From an uncultured SAR116 cluster alpha proteobacterium (GTDB lineage: Bacteria; Pseudomonadota; Alphaproteobacteria; Puniceispirillales; Marisalimonadaceae), in NCBI GenBank assembly GCA_902619615.1, contig CACNFD010000004.1:51275-115274 (forward strand): 64,000 nt of DNA, read 5' to 3'. A program made the position numbers and the translations under genes. The notes below the pieces were generated by a model. The model saw only the letters and a list, made by a program, of their open reading frames with translations. It did not search any database and was not told the DNA's origin. This document shows positions 1 to 10,149 of this stretch, in pieces (positions within the stretch are counted from its first letter, which is position 1; every line of letters starts with the position of its first letter).

Positions 1-613
1 AAATTTTAGCGTCTTTTTTTGATAATCCTTGATTAGCACCTATTTGAGATAAGACTTCAACCAAATAAAAAATATAACCAGGTCCTGATCCTGATATAGC
101 AGTAACATTATCAATTAGACTTTCATTATTTAGGTAAATTATCTTACTGAAAGCAGATAACAGATTATAAATATCTTTATCGTCTGCTTCACTTAAATTA
201 TTACTTTTACAATATCCAGTTACCCCAAATCCAATAGAGGCTGGTAAGTTTGGCATTGCCCTAACTATTTTTATATCATTTTTGATTTTATGCCTAAACC
301 AAGAAAAAGATAAGCCAGCTGCAATAGAAATAAAAACTGATTTGGTCAGATTAAACTTTGAAAAATTTTTTACAGCATCCTGCATTTGCTGTGGCTTCAC
401 AGCTAGAAAAATGATGTCAAAAATTTTTAAATTTTGGGATTCATTTAAGTCTTCTATATTTTCGTAAGCATTCCAACCATCCTTTTGAGCAATATTTCTA
501 AGAAAGGATTCTTTTTCAATTATAAAAAAATTATAATTTAGTTTTTTTAGCATCCACCCTCTTGCAATAGATGACCCCATATTTCCATATCCAAATAAAA
601 GTACGTTTTTCAT
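1..613 (-). CDS. proC: pyrroline-5-carboxylate reductase; C-terminus cut by window edge
   Basis: Not in the ORF track because it runs off the window. My reverse-strand translation from ATG 613..611 stays open to base 1: MKNVLLFGYGNMGSSIARGW...LAVKPQQM...RAMPNLPA...AISGSGPGY (Rossmann GxGxMG plus classic ProC motifs). Confidence 0.85.
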   Translation of the reverse strand, partial: MKNVLLFGYGNMGSSIARGWMLKKLNYNFFIIEKESFLRNIAQKDGWNAYENIEDLNESQNLKIFDIIFLAVKPQQMQDAVKNFSKFNLTKSVFISIAAGLSFSWFRHKIKNDIKIVRAMPNLPASIGFGVTGYCKSNNLSEADDKDIYNLLSAFSKIIYLNNESLIDNVTAISGSGPGYIFYLVEVLSQIGANQGLSKKDAKI

Positions 614-646
614 ACAATTCCTAAGTAATTCTTTTTGTATTAATTT

Positions 647-1135
647 TTATGCACAGCCTTCATTATTCATAAATAATAATTCTAAAGCCGCATTCTCAAT
701 TTTTTCTCCATAAACTATATTATGAACACCTGAAACAAAATTATGAAATAAACAAACTATTAAATCTAATTTAGTTTTTAAAAAATTATAAAGAATATAT
801 TCTTCTATTATTGAAGGGGAAAACACAATTAAATTATATTTAATTTTCATAACATTAAAATCAAAAACAAAAAATCCCTCTTTTAAATTTTGATTTGCAA
901 AATTTATTAAAATAAACAACTCATTTAATTTACTTTTAGGAATTTCTACATCTAGAGTAAACTGAAAACAAATTTTATCTTTATCATCAAATATATTTAA
1001 ATAATAATCAGTTATTTCACCATAATAATAAGAATGATAATCACTTTTTGAGTTTATATCAATTTTCCAATCATGTTTATGAAAGACATTCAATATTTGT
1101 GGAGAAAAAATTATTTTTTTTAATTCATCTGTCAT
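647..1135 (-). CDS. YbjN-domain-like soluble protein (function unknown)
   Basis: 162 aa acidic soluble protein. It resembles the YbjN-family proteins often found beside proC in alphaproteobacteria. Recognition is from memory only. Confidence 0.45.
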   Translation of the reverse strand: MTDELKKIIFSPQILNVFHKHDWKIDINSKSDYHSYYYGEITDYYLNIFDDKDKICFQFTLDVEIPKSKLNELFILINFANQNLKEGFFVFDFNVMKIKYNLIVFSPSIIEEYILYNFLKTKLDLIVCLFHNFVSGVHNIVYGEKIENAALELLFMNNEGCA

Positions 1136-1241
1136 TAAAAACTATATGTAGTAGAAATTTTAATTTTTTATAGAATTGTATACTATATGTTGATTAGTTT
1201 AAACTAAAAGTTACTTTTTTAAATGTTTTTATTAGATTAAA

Positions 1242-1508
1242 CTACAATTTATTTTTTTTAGAAGTTACTTTTTTAACAGTTTTATTTGCTAATTTTTTTT
1301 TTAATAAAATAAATTCAGAACTTAGTTTTTCATGTCTGTCGACTAAAGCCTCAAAATCTTCTCGATTAACAATGCCTTGAGAATTAATAAATCTTTCAAA
1401 TCTACTTTTAATTATGTTATCGATTTCAATTTTTAAGTCAGCAAAAGTTGAGAGCGCTCCAGTAATCAAAGAAGCTGTATCTTTCAAAAATAATTTACTT
1501 TTCTTCAT
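1242..1508 (-). CDS. ubiK: UbiK/YqiC-family accessory factor (coiled-coil)
   Basis: 88 aa. The C-terminal coiled-coil VNREDFEALVDRHEKLSSEFILLKKKL is typical of the UbiK/BMFP family. It is divergent from lgt, as in many alphaproteobacteria. Confidence 0.5.
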   Translation of the reverse strand: MKKSKLFLKDTASLITGALSTFADLKIEIDNIIKSRFERFINSQGIVNREDFEALVDRHEKLSSEFILLKKKLANKTVKKVTSKKNKL

Positions 1509-1602
1509 TAATTTTCCTTAAAATTAAATTTTATATATCTAGTGTTTATTTATTGTAAGATATTTTTTATAAATTGTTAAAATTTTAATAAAGTTGTTTT
1601 AA

Positions 1603-2397
1603 ATGTTTCAATTCCCAAATATTAATCCTATAGCCTTAGATTTTGGAATAGTAAAAATTAGTTGGTATGCACTTTCTTATATTATAGGCATTTTGTCTAG
1701 TTGGTATTTAATATTAAAAATTATAAAATTAAAAAAAATTCAAATTAGTAATAAAATAATAAGCGACTTAGTTAGCAACTGTATGGTTGGTATTGTACTT
1801 GGTGGTAGATTAGGTTATGTAATTTTTTACAATCCTGAATTTTATTTTGATAATTTAATTGAAATTTTTAAAATATGGAATGGCGGTATGTCTTTTCATG
1901 GAGGCTTGATAGGTGTTATATTAGCTGTCATCTATTCGAGTAAAACTTCAAAAATTCCTATTACAATGTTTTCTGATCTTATCTCGATAGTTGCTCCAAT
2001 TGGAATTTTTTTTGGAAGAGTAGCAAATTTTATAAATGGTGAACTTTTTGGAAGAGTAACTAATCATTACTTTGGTATGATATTTCCAAATGGTGGGAAA
2101 CTTCCTAGACACCCTAGCCAATTATATGAGGCTTTTTTCGAAGGGATAGTTTTATTTATAATAATGATTATTTTGATAAATAAACAAAAACTTTTTGAAA
2201 AGAAAGGCTTTCTAACTGCCTCATTTGTATCGTTGTATGGAATTTTTAGATTTTTTATAGAGTATTTAAGGGAACCGGATGGACATATTGGATTAATTTA
2301 TTTCGACTTTTCAATGGGACAAATTTTATCATTACCAATGATAATTTTTGGTCTATATTTCATGATTATTTTTTATAACAAAAAGATGGACCAATAA
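1603..2397 (+). CDS. lgt: prolipoprotein diacylglyceryl transferase
   Basis: 264 aa polytopic membrane protein with Lgt stretches GGMSFHGGLIGV, GRVANFINGELFGR and RHPSQLYEAFFEG. Confidence 0.92.
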   Translation: MFQFPNINPIALDFGIVKISWYALSYIIGILSSWYLILKIIKLKKIQISNKIISDLVSNCMVGIVLGGRLGYVIFYNPEFYFDNLIEIFKIWNGGMSFHGGLIGVILAVIYSSKTSKIPITMFSDLISIVAPIGIFFGRVANFINGELFGRVTNHYFGMIFPNGGKLPRHPSQLYEAFFEGIVLFIIMIILINKQKLFEKKGFLTASFVSLYGIFRFFIEYLREPDGHIGLIYFDFSMGQILSLPMIIFGLYFMIIFYNKKMDQ

Positions 2398-2434
2398 TAT
2401 AAATTTTACTTTATATGAAATAGAATAAATAGTA

Positions 2435-3220
2435 ATGAACATTAAAAAAATACTTCATCCAAAATTAGAATTTAAAGATATCAGCTATGGTTTTTTTACA
2501 CGAGAAGGTGGGCACTCTAAATCGCCTTATGATTCGCTAAATTGTAGTTTTAATGTTGAAGATAATGAGCATAATGTTGAAGAAAATTTAACATTAGTTT
2601 GTAATGAACTAAAATTAGAAAAAATAATCAAGCTAAATCAAATACATTCATCTAAAGTTTTTGTAGTTAAAAATAGAGACAATCAAATTAATAATATTAG
2701 AGCAGATGGGTTAGTGACAAAATTAAAAGGTATTGGATTATCAATACTAGGCGCTGATTGTGCCCCAATTTTATTTTATGACAAAATTTCAAAAATTATT
2801 GGCGCCTGTCATGCCGGCTGGCGAGGAGCAATAAACGGAATTATCGAAACCACTATTGCTAGCATGGAAGATTTGGGGGCAAATAGAAATGACATCATTT
2901 CAGTAATAGGACCTACGATACATAAAGAATCTTATGAAATTAAAAATGATGTAGCTAAAATAGTACAAGGAAGTGTATTTTACAAAAAAAATCATTCGAT
3001 ATTGTTTCACGTAAGTGAAGATAAATATCTATTTGATCTGCCGTTACTTTTGAAGGAAAATCTAAAATATTCTCGAATTAATAATATTGGAGATATAAAT
3101 ATAAATACCTATGAAAAATCTAATTTATTTTTTAGTCATAGAAAATCTACCCACAAAAACTTTCCTAAAGAAGGTAAAACTGGTAGACATATATCTGTAA
3201 TTGGATTGATTAATCATTAG
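2435..3220 (+). CDS. pgeF: YfiH/PgeF laccase-domain family protein (purine nucleoside phosphorylase-like)
   Basis: 261 aa with family motifs GADCAPILF and CHAGWRG. Confidence 0.85.
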   Translation: MNIKKILHPKLEFKDISYGFFTREGGHSKSPYDSLNCSFNVEDNEHNVEENLTLVCNELKLEKIIKLNQIHSSKVFVVKNRDNQINNIRADGLVTKLKGIGLSILGADCAPILFYDKISKIIGACHAGWRGAINGIIETTIASMEDLGANRNDIISVIGPTIHKESYEIKNDVAKIVQGSVFYKKNHSILFHVSEDKYLFDLPLLLKENLKYSRINNIGDININTYEKSNLFFSHRKSTHKNFPKEGKTGRHISVIGLINH

Positions 3221-3364
3221 TATGCCACATTTAATAATTTTTTTTATTCTTTTAATGTTAGGGTTATTTGTATTAATGTTCGTATAAATAAAGACAAGTT
3301 TTTCTTGCTATAACTTTGACTTGACTGCTATTAAATATAATAAAAGACCTTGGGAAAATGTTTC

Positions 3365-4297
3365 ATGAAAATACTGTCTTGCAACTCTAATATTAATTTA
3401 TCAGAAAGTATATCTAAAACACTTAATACCAGACTTGTAAAAGCAGAAATTAAAAGATTTTCTGACATGGAGGTCTTTGTTGAAGTTCAAGAAAATGTTA
3501 GGGGTGAAGACATGTTTATTATACAATCTACTTCTTACCCTGCAAATGATAATCTGATGGAATTGCTAGTTTCATTAGATGCACTCAGACGAGCAAGTGC
3601 GAGAAGAATTACCGCTGTTATTCCATATTATGGATATGCAAGGCAAGATAGAAAATCTGGCCCAAGAACACCCATTTCTGCAAAATTAGTCGCTAACCTA
3701 ATAACTAAAGCAGGGGCAGATAGAATACTTACAATGGACCTACATGCAGGACAAATACAAGGATTTTTTGATATACCCACTGATAATTTATTTGCTGCAC
3801 CTGTTTTTGTTAAAGATATCGAAGACAAATACAAAAATAAACCTGTGGTTATTGTATCTCCAGATGTAGGTGGTGTTGTTAGAGCTAGAGCTATTGCCAG
3901 AAGAATTAATGCAAATTTAGCTATAATTGATAAAAGACGAGAAAAACCTGGATCATCTGAAGTAGTGAATATCATTGGTGATGTATATGAGCATCACTGT
4001 ATAATAGTAGATGACATTATTGACTCAGGAGGTACAATATGCAATGCCGCCCAAGCACTAATTGATGTAGGTGCAATAAGTGTAGATGCATATGTTACTC
4101 ATGGAGTTCTCTCAGGTTCTGCAGTAAGTAATATAACAAATTCCCCATTGAACTCTCTAGTAACTACAAATTCAATAAAAGCTACTGAAGCAGTAAATAT
4201 GTCTGGTAATATAAGACAAATCTCCATTGCTCCTATTATTGGTGAAGCCATTCGAAGAGTTCATATGGAACAATCTGTTTCAAGTCTTTTTGAATAA
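3365..4297 (+). CDS. prs: ribose-phosphate pyrophosphokinase
   Basis: The track ORF starts at TTG 3350; I prefer ATG 3365 (MKILSCNSN...). Motifs [23 protein letters not shown] and the PRPP loop [12 protein letters not shown] are present. Confidence 0.92.
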   Translation: MKILSCNSNINLSESISKTLNTRLVKAEIKRFSDMEVFVEVQENVRGEDMFIIQSTSYPANDNLMELLVSLDALRRASARRITAVIPYYGYARQDRKSGPRTPISAKLVANLITKAGADRILTMDLHAGQIQGFFDIPTDNLFAAPVFVKDIEDKYKNKPVVIVSPDVGGVVRARAIARRINANLAIIDKRREKPGSSEVVNIIGDVYEHHCIIVDDIIDSGGTICNAAQALIDVGAISVDAYVTHGVLSGSAVSNITNSPLNSLVTTNSIKATEAVNMSGNIRQISIAPIIGEAIRRVHMEQSVSSLFE

Positions 4298-4396
4298 ATT
4301 TTATATTATTTACTTTAAATTTTTTAATTTAAAGGTTATGTATGCTTTAGTCTTTTGCACCCCTGGAGGCAAAAGTGGCTTTTAAGGAGAAATTTA

Positions 4397-5047
4397 ATGA
4401 AAACTATTGATATTAAAGCTGATGCTCGCAGTCAGGTTGGTAAGGGGTCTGCCAGAGCAGCAAGGCGGGTGGGTTTAGTACCCGCAGTTATTTATGGTAA
4501 TAAAAAACCACCAATTCCTATAACACTTAATGCCAATAAATGGCGTCAATTAATGCATAAACCTGGAATATTTAGCCAATTGATGAATATTGAGGTTAAT
4601 AATGAAAAACACTTTGTATTGCCTCGTGATATTCAACAACATCCAGTTTCAGAAGAGGCAGAACATGTTGATTTTTTAAGAGTTACAGAAAATGCTACAG
4701 TAGCTGTCGGTATTAACGTTGAATTTCTGAATGAAGACAAATGTACTGGATTAAAATTAGGTGGAGTTTTGAACGTTGTTAGATCTCAAGTTGAATTAAA
4801 CTGTCCAGCTATTTCAATTCCTGAAAAAATAACAGTAGATTTAGAGGGCCTTAACGTTGGGCATACTATTCATATTAGTGCAATTGAACTTCCTGATGGT
4901 TGTACACCGACTATAACAGATAGAGATTTTACTGTTGCTACTATTGCTGCACCAAGAGGTGGTTTAGGTGATTCTGAAGAAGAAGAAGAGACTCAAATAA
5001 CCGATGAAACTACTGAAGATAAAAAAGAAGATGAAAATGATAGTTAA
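4397..5047 (+). CDS. rplY: 50S ribosomal protein L25/general stress protein Ctc
   Basis: The track ORF begins at 4355, but AGGAG at 4385..4389 lies 7 nt before ATG 4397 (MKTIDIKADARSQVGKGSARAARR...). It is the long Ctc form with an acidic C-terminal tail. Confidence 0.9.
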   Translation: MKTIDIKADARSQVGKGSARAARRVGLVPAVIYGNKKPPIPITLNANKWRQLMHKPGIFSQLMNIEVNNEKHFVLPRDIQQHPVSEEAEHVDFLRVTENATVAVGINVEFLNEDKCTGLKLGGVLNVVRSQVELNCPAISIPEKITVDLEGLNVGHTIHISAIELPDGCTPTITDRDFTVATIAAPRGGLGDSEEEEETQITDETTEDKKEDENDS

Positions 5048-5082
5048 ACTATATTAGTAAAAAGCGAGTTTTAACTTTTAAG

Positions 5083-5655
5083 ATGTTTCTAATAGTAGGT
5101 TTAGGAAATCCTGGAAAATTTTATAAAAATAACAGACATAATATTGGATATAAGATTTTAGACAATATTAGAGAATTATATAATTTTCCAGATTTCTCAA
5201 AAAAATTTAAATCTGAATTTTCTAAATCTGAATTTAACAAAAATATTTTTTTTTTACTTAAACCAACAACATTCATGAATAATTCGGGTATAGCTCTAAA
5301 AGAAATTAAAGATTTCTATAATATAGATATAAATAACATCTATGTGATCCATGATGAAATAGATCTCGATCAAGGTCGTGTCAAAGTAAAAAATGGTGGT
5401 GGACATAATGGACACAATGGTCTCAAGAGTATAGACAAGTGTATTGGTAAAAACTACAATAGAATTAGAGTTGGAGTTTCACGGCCTTCAAAAATATATA
5501 AAGAGAATGTTGATGAAAATATAGCAAATTGGGTTCTTTCTGACTTCACATCTGATGAAAAAAAACAATGGCTTGATAAAACAATCATTTATGTTTCCGA
5601 AATGATTGCATCCTTAATTATAAATCAAAGTGATCTATATGATAGAAATGAATAG
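5083..5655 (+). CDS. pth: peptidyl-tRNA hydrolase
   Basis: Begins MFLIVGLGNPG and carries HNGLKSI. It follows rplY as in most bacteria. Confidence 0.9.
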   Translation: MFLIVGLGNPGKFYKNNRHNIGYKILDNIRELYNFPDFSKKFKSEFSKSEFNKNIFFLLKPTTFMNNSGIALKEIKDFYNIDINNIYVIHDEIDLDQGRVKVKNGGGHNGHNGLKSIDKCIGKNYNRIRVGVSRPSKIYKENVDENIANWVLSDFTSDEKKQWLDKTIIYVSEMIASLIINQSDLYDRNE

Positions 5656-5663
5656 GTGAATAG

Positions 5664-6761
5664 ATGGGTTTTAAATGTGGAATTGTAGGCTTACCAAATG
5701 TTGGAAAGTCAACATTATTCAATGCTCTTACTGAAACCTCATCAGCTGAGGCTGCTAATTACCCTTTTTGTACGATTGAACCTAATTCTGGTATTGTTTC
5801 TGTTCCAGATAAAAGGTTAACCTCACTATCTAAATTAGTTCAATCACAGAAAGTTATTCCTGCACAGATGCAATTTGTAGATATTGCTGGGCTTGTAAGT
5901 GGCGCTAGTAAAGGAGAAGGATTAGGGAATAAATTTTTATCCCACATAAGAGAAGTTGATGCAATAATACATGTAGTAAGATGCTTTGAAAACACAGACA
6001 TAACACATGTAGAAAATAGTATAAATCCTTTAAGAGATTCTGAAATTATTGACACAGAATTAATGTTAGCTGATTTAGAAAGTTTGGAACGTCAAACTCA
6101 AAATTTGTCTAAAAAGGCGAAGTCTAATGATACTGATGCTAAAAATAATTTAAATCTCATGAAAAAGTTATCTAAATTTTTATCCGATGGTATGCCAATT
6201 CGTTTAGTTGATTTAACAGATGAAGAAATAAGAAAAGTAAAAACTTTTAATCTACTTACATCAAAGCCAGTTCTTTATGCCTGTAATGTAAATGAAAATG
6301 ATGCCTCCAATGGAAATGATTTTACTAAAAAAATTTTTGATAAGGCTAAGATTGAAAATTGTGACGCCTTAATAATATCAGGTTCTATAGAATCTGAAAT
6401 TGCAATGTTAGAAGAAACTGAAAAGAAGGAATTTCTAAAAGATTTAAATTTAGAAGAGTCTGGACTGAATAGATTAATTAAAACTGGATTTAACTTACTT
6501 GATCTAATTACATTTTTTACAGTTGGTCCAAAAGAAACTAGAGCATGGACAATAAAAAATTATTCAACTGCCCCAGAAGCTGCAGGTATAATTCATACAG
6601 ATTTTCAAAAAGGATTTATTCGAGCAGAAACAATATCTTATGATGATTATTTAAACTATAAAAGCGAACAAGCAGTTAAAGATGCTGGACGTATGAGAGT
6701 TGAAGGTGCAGATTATATAGTTAAAGACGGAGACGTATTTCATTTTAGATTTAATGTTTGA
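5664..6761 (+). CDS. ychF: redox-regulated ribosome-binding ATPase YchF
   Basis: G1 motif GIVGLPNVGKSTLFNALT and the characteristic C-terminus DGDVFHFRFNV. Confidence 0.95.
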   Translation: MGFKCGIVGLPNVGKSTLFNALTETSSAEAANYPFCTIEPNSGIVSVPDKRLTSLSKLVQSQKVIPAQMQFVDIAGLVSGASKGEGLGNKFLSHIREVDAIIHVVRCFENTDITHVENSINPLRDSEIIDTELMLADLESLERQTQNLSKKAKSNDTDAKNNLNLMKKLSKFLSDGMPIRLVDLTDEEIRKVKTFNLLTSKPVLYACNVNENDASNGNDFTKKIFDKAKIENCDALIISGSIESEIAMLEETEKKEFLKDLNLEESGLNRLIKTGFNLLDLITFFTVGPKETRAWTIKNYSTAPEAAGIIHTDFQKGFIRAETISYDDYLNYKSEQAVKDAGRMRVEGADYIVKDGDVFHFRFNV

Positions 6762-6774
6762 TTGGAGTTAAATT

Positions 6775-7440
6775 ATGAATGAGCTTATAGATATTACAGC
6801 AAAAGATAATCATAAATTTTCAGCATATATTTCTCAACCTTTAGGAAAACCAAAAGCAGGAATTGTAATTATACAGGAAATATTTGGTGTAAACTCACAT
6901 ATTAAAGAAGTAACAGACTTATACGCTAGTAAAGGTTATCTCTGTATAGCGCCGTCATTATTTGATAGAATTGAAAAAAATGTAACCTTAGATTATGACG
7001 AAAAGGGTGTGTCTAAAGGAAGAAATTTAAAAGAATTGTGTGATAAGGATAGTCTAAAAGATATAGAAGCTAGTGTTTCTATAGTATCCTCAGCTGGAAA
7101 AGTGGGTGTAGTTGGATATTGCTGGGGTGGATCTTTATCTTGGAGAATTGGTTGTGAATCTTCTAATATTTCAGCATCTGTTTGCTACTATGGTGGAGAT
7201 ATTCCGAAACTGAAAGATTTAAAACCTAAATGCAAAGTATTAACTCATTTTGGTGAACTTGATAAAGGTATACCATTAAATGATGTTAAAATTTTTGAGC
7301 AAACAAGACCTGAGGTTCTTACGTATACATATCCTGCAGACCATGGTTTTAATTGTGATCATAGAAGTCAATATAATAAAACATGTGCAAATATTGCACT
7401 CGAAAGAACATTGAAATTTCTAGAAAGAAATTTGACTTAA
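6775..7440 (+). CDS. dienelactone hydrolase family protein
   Basis: 221 aa with IIQEIFGVN near the N-terminus, a Cys nucleophile elbow GYCWGG, and ADHGF near the C-terminus. Confidence 0.75.
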   Translation: MNELIDITAKDNHKFSAYISQPLGKPKAGIVIIQEIFGVNSHIKEVTDLYASKGYLCIAPSLFDRIEKNVTLDYDEKGVSKGRNLKELCDKDSLKDIEASVSIVSSAGKVGVVGYCWGGSLSWRIGCESSNISASVCYYGGDIPKLKDLKPKCKVLTHFGELDKGIPLNDVKIFEQTRPEVLTYTYPADHGFNCDHRSQYNKTCANIALERTLKFLERNLT

Positions 7441-7441
7441 A

Positions 7442-8233
7442 TTATTGCTTTTTTATTGGAGCCCAAATTTGCTTCATAGCAAAATAAGATAATGCGGAAA
7501 GCAACAACAAAAATAGCATAACTGAAATTCCCAATCGTTTCCTATCTTCCATTTCAGGTTCAGAGGCCCAAGCAAGAAAAGCTGTTACGTCTTTTGCCAT
7601 TTGATAAGGTGTTGCTTTAGTACCGTCAGCATATTCAACACCGTCGTCGTAAAGCGGTTGTGGCATTCCAATCAAGTTTCCAGAATAATACTTATTATAA
7701 TACATACCGTCAGGTACTTTTTTTTCCGCAGGTGCATCTACATAGCCCGTTAAGAGTGCATGTAAATAATTTGCACCATCAGGTCTGGCTTTTATAATTA
7801 AGGATAAATCTGGAGGGTATGCACCACCATTTGCAGCTCTAGCAGCTTTATCATTTGGGTAAGGTGATACAAATTTGTCACTTGGCCTGGCTGGTCTCTC
7901 TACTACTTCACCATCATCGTTAATAGTATTTACACTATTTTCTGCTGCAAATGCTTTAATTTCATCATCATTGTAACCTATAGACTTTAAATTTCTATAA
8001 GCTAAAAGTCTCATTCCATGACATCCTGAGCATACCTCTTTATAAACTTGAAGCCCTCTCTGTTGTGAAGCTCTATCAAAGGTACCTAAAATTCCAGAGA
8101 AAGACCAATTTAGCTGTGGGTAACTTATTTTTTCACCTGCTGCGAATGAAAAATTTGACGAACAAATTACTACTAAACTTAAGCAAAGTTTTAAAATATT
8201 ATAAGAAAAAAAATATGATGATCTTTTAATCAT
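7442..8233 (-). CDS. petC: cytochrome c1 of the bc1 complex
   Basis: Signal/anchor sequence, heme-binding CSGCHGM and a C-terminal TM helix. It abuts petB at 8233/8234. Confidence 0.88.
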   Translation of the reverse strand: MIKRSSYFFSYNILKLCLSLVVICSSNFSFAAGEKISYPQLNWSFSGILGTFDRASQQRGLQVYKEVCSGCHGMRLLAYRNLKSIGYNDDEIKAFAAENSVNTINDDGEVVERPARPSDKFVSPYPNDKAARAANGGAYPPDLSLIIKARPDGANYLHALLTGYVDAPAEKKVPDGMYYNKYYSGNLIGMPQPLYDDGVEYADGTKATPYQMAKDVTAFLAWASEPEMEDRKRLGISVMLFLLLLSALSYFAMKQIWAPIKKQ

Positions 8234-9484
8234 CTATTTTTTCTCCCTCATAGCAAAAGCAGAAGCAGCAGATCCTCCGCCTAAAATTGGTTCAGATATA
8301 GAAATTGGAAGTGGTTTTGTTTTTTCTATGTAAGGTAACAATGGAAACAAAATTAGGAAGTGAAAGAAGTAATAAGCTGTAGCTATCCTTGACAATATAA
8401 CATAAATTCCTTCGGCAGGCATTGCACCTAGATAACCTAATAAGATACAGTCAAATAAAAGTATCCAAAAGAAGATTTTAAATATAGGTCTAAATTGAGA
8501 TGATCTAACTGGTGATCTATCTAACCATGGCAAAATAAACAAAACTGCAATTGCACCAAACATAAAAAGCACTCCACCAAGCTTATCTGGAATAGCTCTA
8601 AGAATTGCATAGAAAGGAAGAAAATACCATTCAGGAACAATATGGGCTGGAGTTACCATAGGATTGGCTTCAATATAATTATCTGGATGCCCCATAAAAT
8701 TTGGAAAGAAAAAAACAGCTGCTGCAAAAAATGATAAAAATACGCTCAATCCAAATAAATCTTTAATCGTGTAGTAAGGACTGAAAGGTACAGTGTCCTG
8801 TGTTCCTTTAACATCAATACCTATTGGGTTATTAGACCCAAAACGATGCAAGGCAATCAGATGCAAAATTACAACACCTACAATCACAAAAGGTAAAACA
8901 AAGTGTAGTGAGAAAAATCTATTTAAAGTGGAATTATCAACGGAAAAACCACCCCATAGCCATGTTACGATACTCTCCCCTACTAATGGTATAGCTGAAA
9001 ATAAGTTTGTGATGACTGTTGCTCCCCAAAAACTCATTTGTCCCCATGGTAAAACATATCCCATAAATGCTGTAGCCATCATTAATAAAAGTATTAAAAC
9101 ACCTAATATCCATAAAAGCTCTCTAGGGGCTTTATAAGATCCATAATATAATCCTCGAAAAATATGGATATAAACCACAATAAAGAAAAAACTAGCTCCA
9201 TTCATATGAATGTATCTTATAAGCCATCCATGATTTACATCTCTCATAATTCTCTCAACAGAATCAAATGCGTAATCAACATGGGCTGTATAATTCATAG
9301 ATAAAACAATTCCTGTAATAATCATCGTTACCAAAGCAAATCCAGCAAGAGAACCAAAATTCCAAAAATAATTTAAATTCTTTGGTGTTGGATAATGATT
9401 AAGCTCATGATCCATAAAAGAAAATACAGGTAATCTGTGATCAATCCATTTTACAACCGGATTTTTAAACTTAGACTTTGACAA
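8234..9484 (-). CDS. petB: cytochrome b of the bc1 complex
   Basis: 416 aa polytopic protein with HMNGASFFF and [13 protein letters not shown]. Confidence 0.95.
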   Translation of the reverse strand: MSKSKFKNPVVKWIDHRLPVFSFMDHELNHYPTPKNLNYFWNFGSLAGFALVTMIITGIVLSMNYTAHVDYAFDSVERIMRDVNHGWLIRYIHMNGASFFFIVVYIHIFRGLYYGSYKAPRELLWILGVLILLLMMATAFMGYVLPWGQMSFWGATVITNLFSAIPLVGESIVTWLWGGFSVDNSTLNRFFSLHFVLPFVIVGVVILHLIALHRFGSNNPIGIDVKGTQDTVPFSPYYTIKDLFGLSVFLSFFAAAVFFFPNFMGHPDNYIEANPMVTPAHIVPEWYFLPFYAILRAIPDKLGGVLFMFGAIAVLFILPWLDRSPVRSSQFRPIFKIFFWILLFDCILLGYLGAMPAEGIYVILSRIATAYYFFHFLILFPLLPYIEKTKPLPISISEPILGGGSAASAFAMREKK

Positions 9485-9505
9485 TTATTACTCCTAAAAT
9501 AAAAT

Positions 9506-10048
9506 TTAACCAATTTTAATAATGTTATCTGACAAAAACTTGTAAGAAGGAACTTCAAGATTAGTAGGTGCTGGACCTTTTCTAATCCTACCAGAATGGT
9601 CATAGTGAGATCCATGACAAGGACAAAACCATCCACCATATTGGCCTTTAACATCCCCAGATTTTTGGCCGAGGGGAACACAACCTAAATGTGTACAAAC
9701 ACCAACTAATACAATAAATTTTTCGTTAGGAACCCTTTCCTCATCTGTTTCAGGGTGTCTCATTTCATCTAAAGAAACTTCTTTAGCTTGCTTAATTTCT
9801 TCAGGTGTTCTATGACGAACAAATACAGGCTTACCTCTCCAAGTTACAGTTATGGCTTGACCTTCTTCTAGCGAGGACAAATCTACCTCAGTAGATGCTA
9901 GTGCTAAAGTATCTGCAGCAGGATTCATTTGATCAATTAATGGCCAAGCAACTGATGCAGCACCAATGCCAGCCATGGCATAAGTTGAAATTATTAAGAA
10001 ATCTCTTTTACCTTCGTTATCATTTTTTGACTTAGAATTTTTGGGCAT
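9506..10048 (-). CDS. petA: ubiquinol-cytochrome c reductase Rieske iron-sulfur subunit
   Basis: Rieske boxes CTHLGC and CPCHGS, plus an N-terminal TM/Tat-like anchor. Confidence 0.93.
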   Translation of the reverse strand: MPKNSKSKNDNEGKRDFLIISTYAMAGIGAASVAWPLIDQMNPAADTLALASTEVDLSSLEEGQAITVTWRGKPVFVRHRTPEEIKQAKEVSLDEMRHPETDEERVPNEKFIVLVGVCTHLGCVPLGQKSGDVKGQYGGWFCPCHGSHYDHSGRIRKGPAPTNLEVPSYKFLSDNIIKIG

Positions 10049-10149
10049 TTATCTCACTTTTTAAATATATTATTTATATAACATTGTAAAAAAAAAATTC
10101 CAGTGTTTTTTAAAATGATTCTAAAAAAGAATTTAATAATTTTTGGGAT

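Noticed and set aside
282-467. 61-aa plus-strand ORF at the start of the window.
   Set aside because: It lies antisense within the proC coding sequence, which translates cleanly on the minus strand with ProC motifs.
3316-3341. Overlapping TTGACT hexamers (TTGACTTGACT) plus TATAAT upstream of prs as a promoter.
   Set aside because: The spacers would be 14 or 9 nt, neither compatible with a canonical promoter. I could not support an alternative -10 box.
4355-4396. N-terminal extensions in the ORF track. This one is on rplY. Others are 3350..3364 (prs), 18614..18637 (thiolase), 37937..37960 (HADH-like), 41707..41745 (dctP), 45726..45749 (DHDPS-like), 48858..48902 (YtoQ), 57841..57876 (GT2), 12665..12730 (small membrane protein) and 17547..17567 (pyk).
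   Set aside because: In most cases (not prs or GT2) an internal ATG preceded by a recognisable SD gives the conserved family N-terminus or signal peptide. The extensions overlap upstream genes, terminators or SD sequences.
8793-9137. Long ORFs antisense to well-supported genes. This one lies inside petB. Others are 3628..3975, 5840..6055, 15136..15342, 16774..17265, 18811..18996, 19985..20359, 21766..22114, 24431..24727, 27389..27580, 28509..28930, 30582..30875, 39000..39248, 40733..41017, 42934..43149, 48007..48264, 51173..51385, 55724..55993 and 57919..58449.
   Set aside because: Each lies wholly within a gene on the opposite strand that has clear family motifs. They have odd, low-complexity composition and no SD. 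They are best explained as shadow ORFs.
9451-9681. 76-aa minus-strand ORF spanning the petA/petB junction.
   Set aside because: It overlaps the 3' end of petA and the 5' end of petB in another frame, and no motif supports it.
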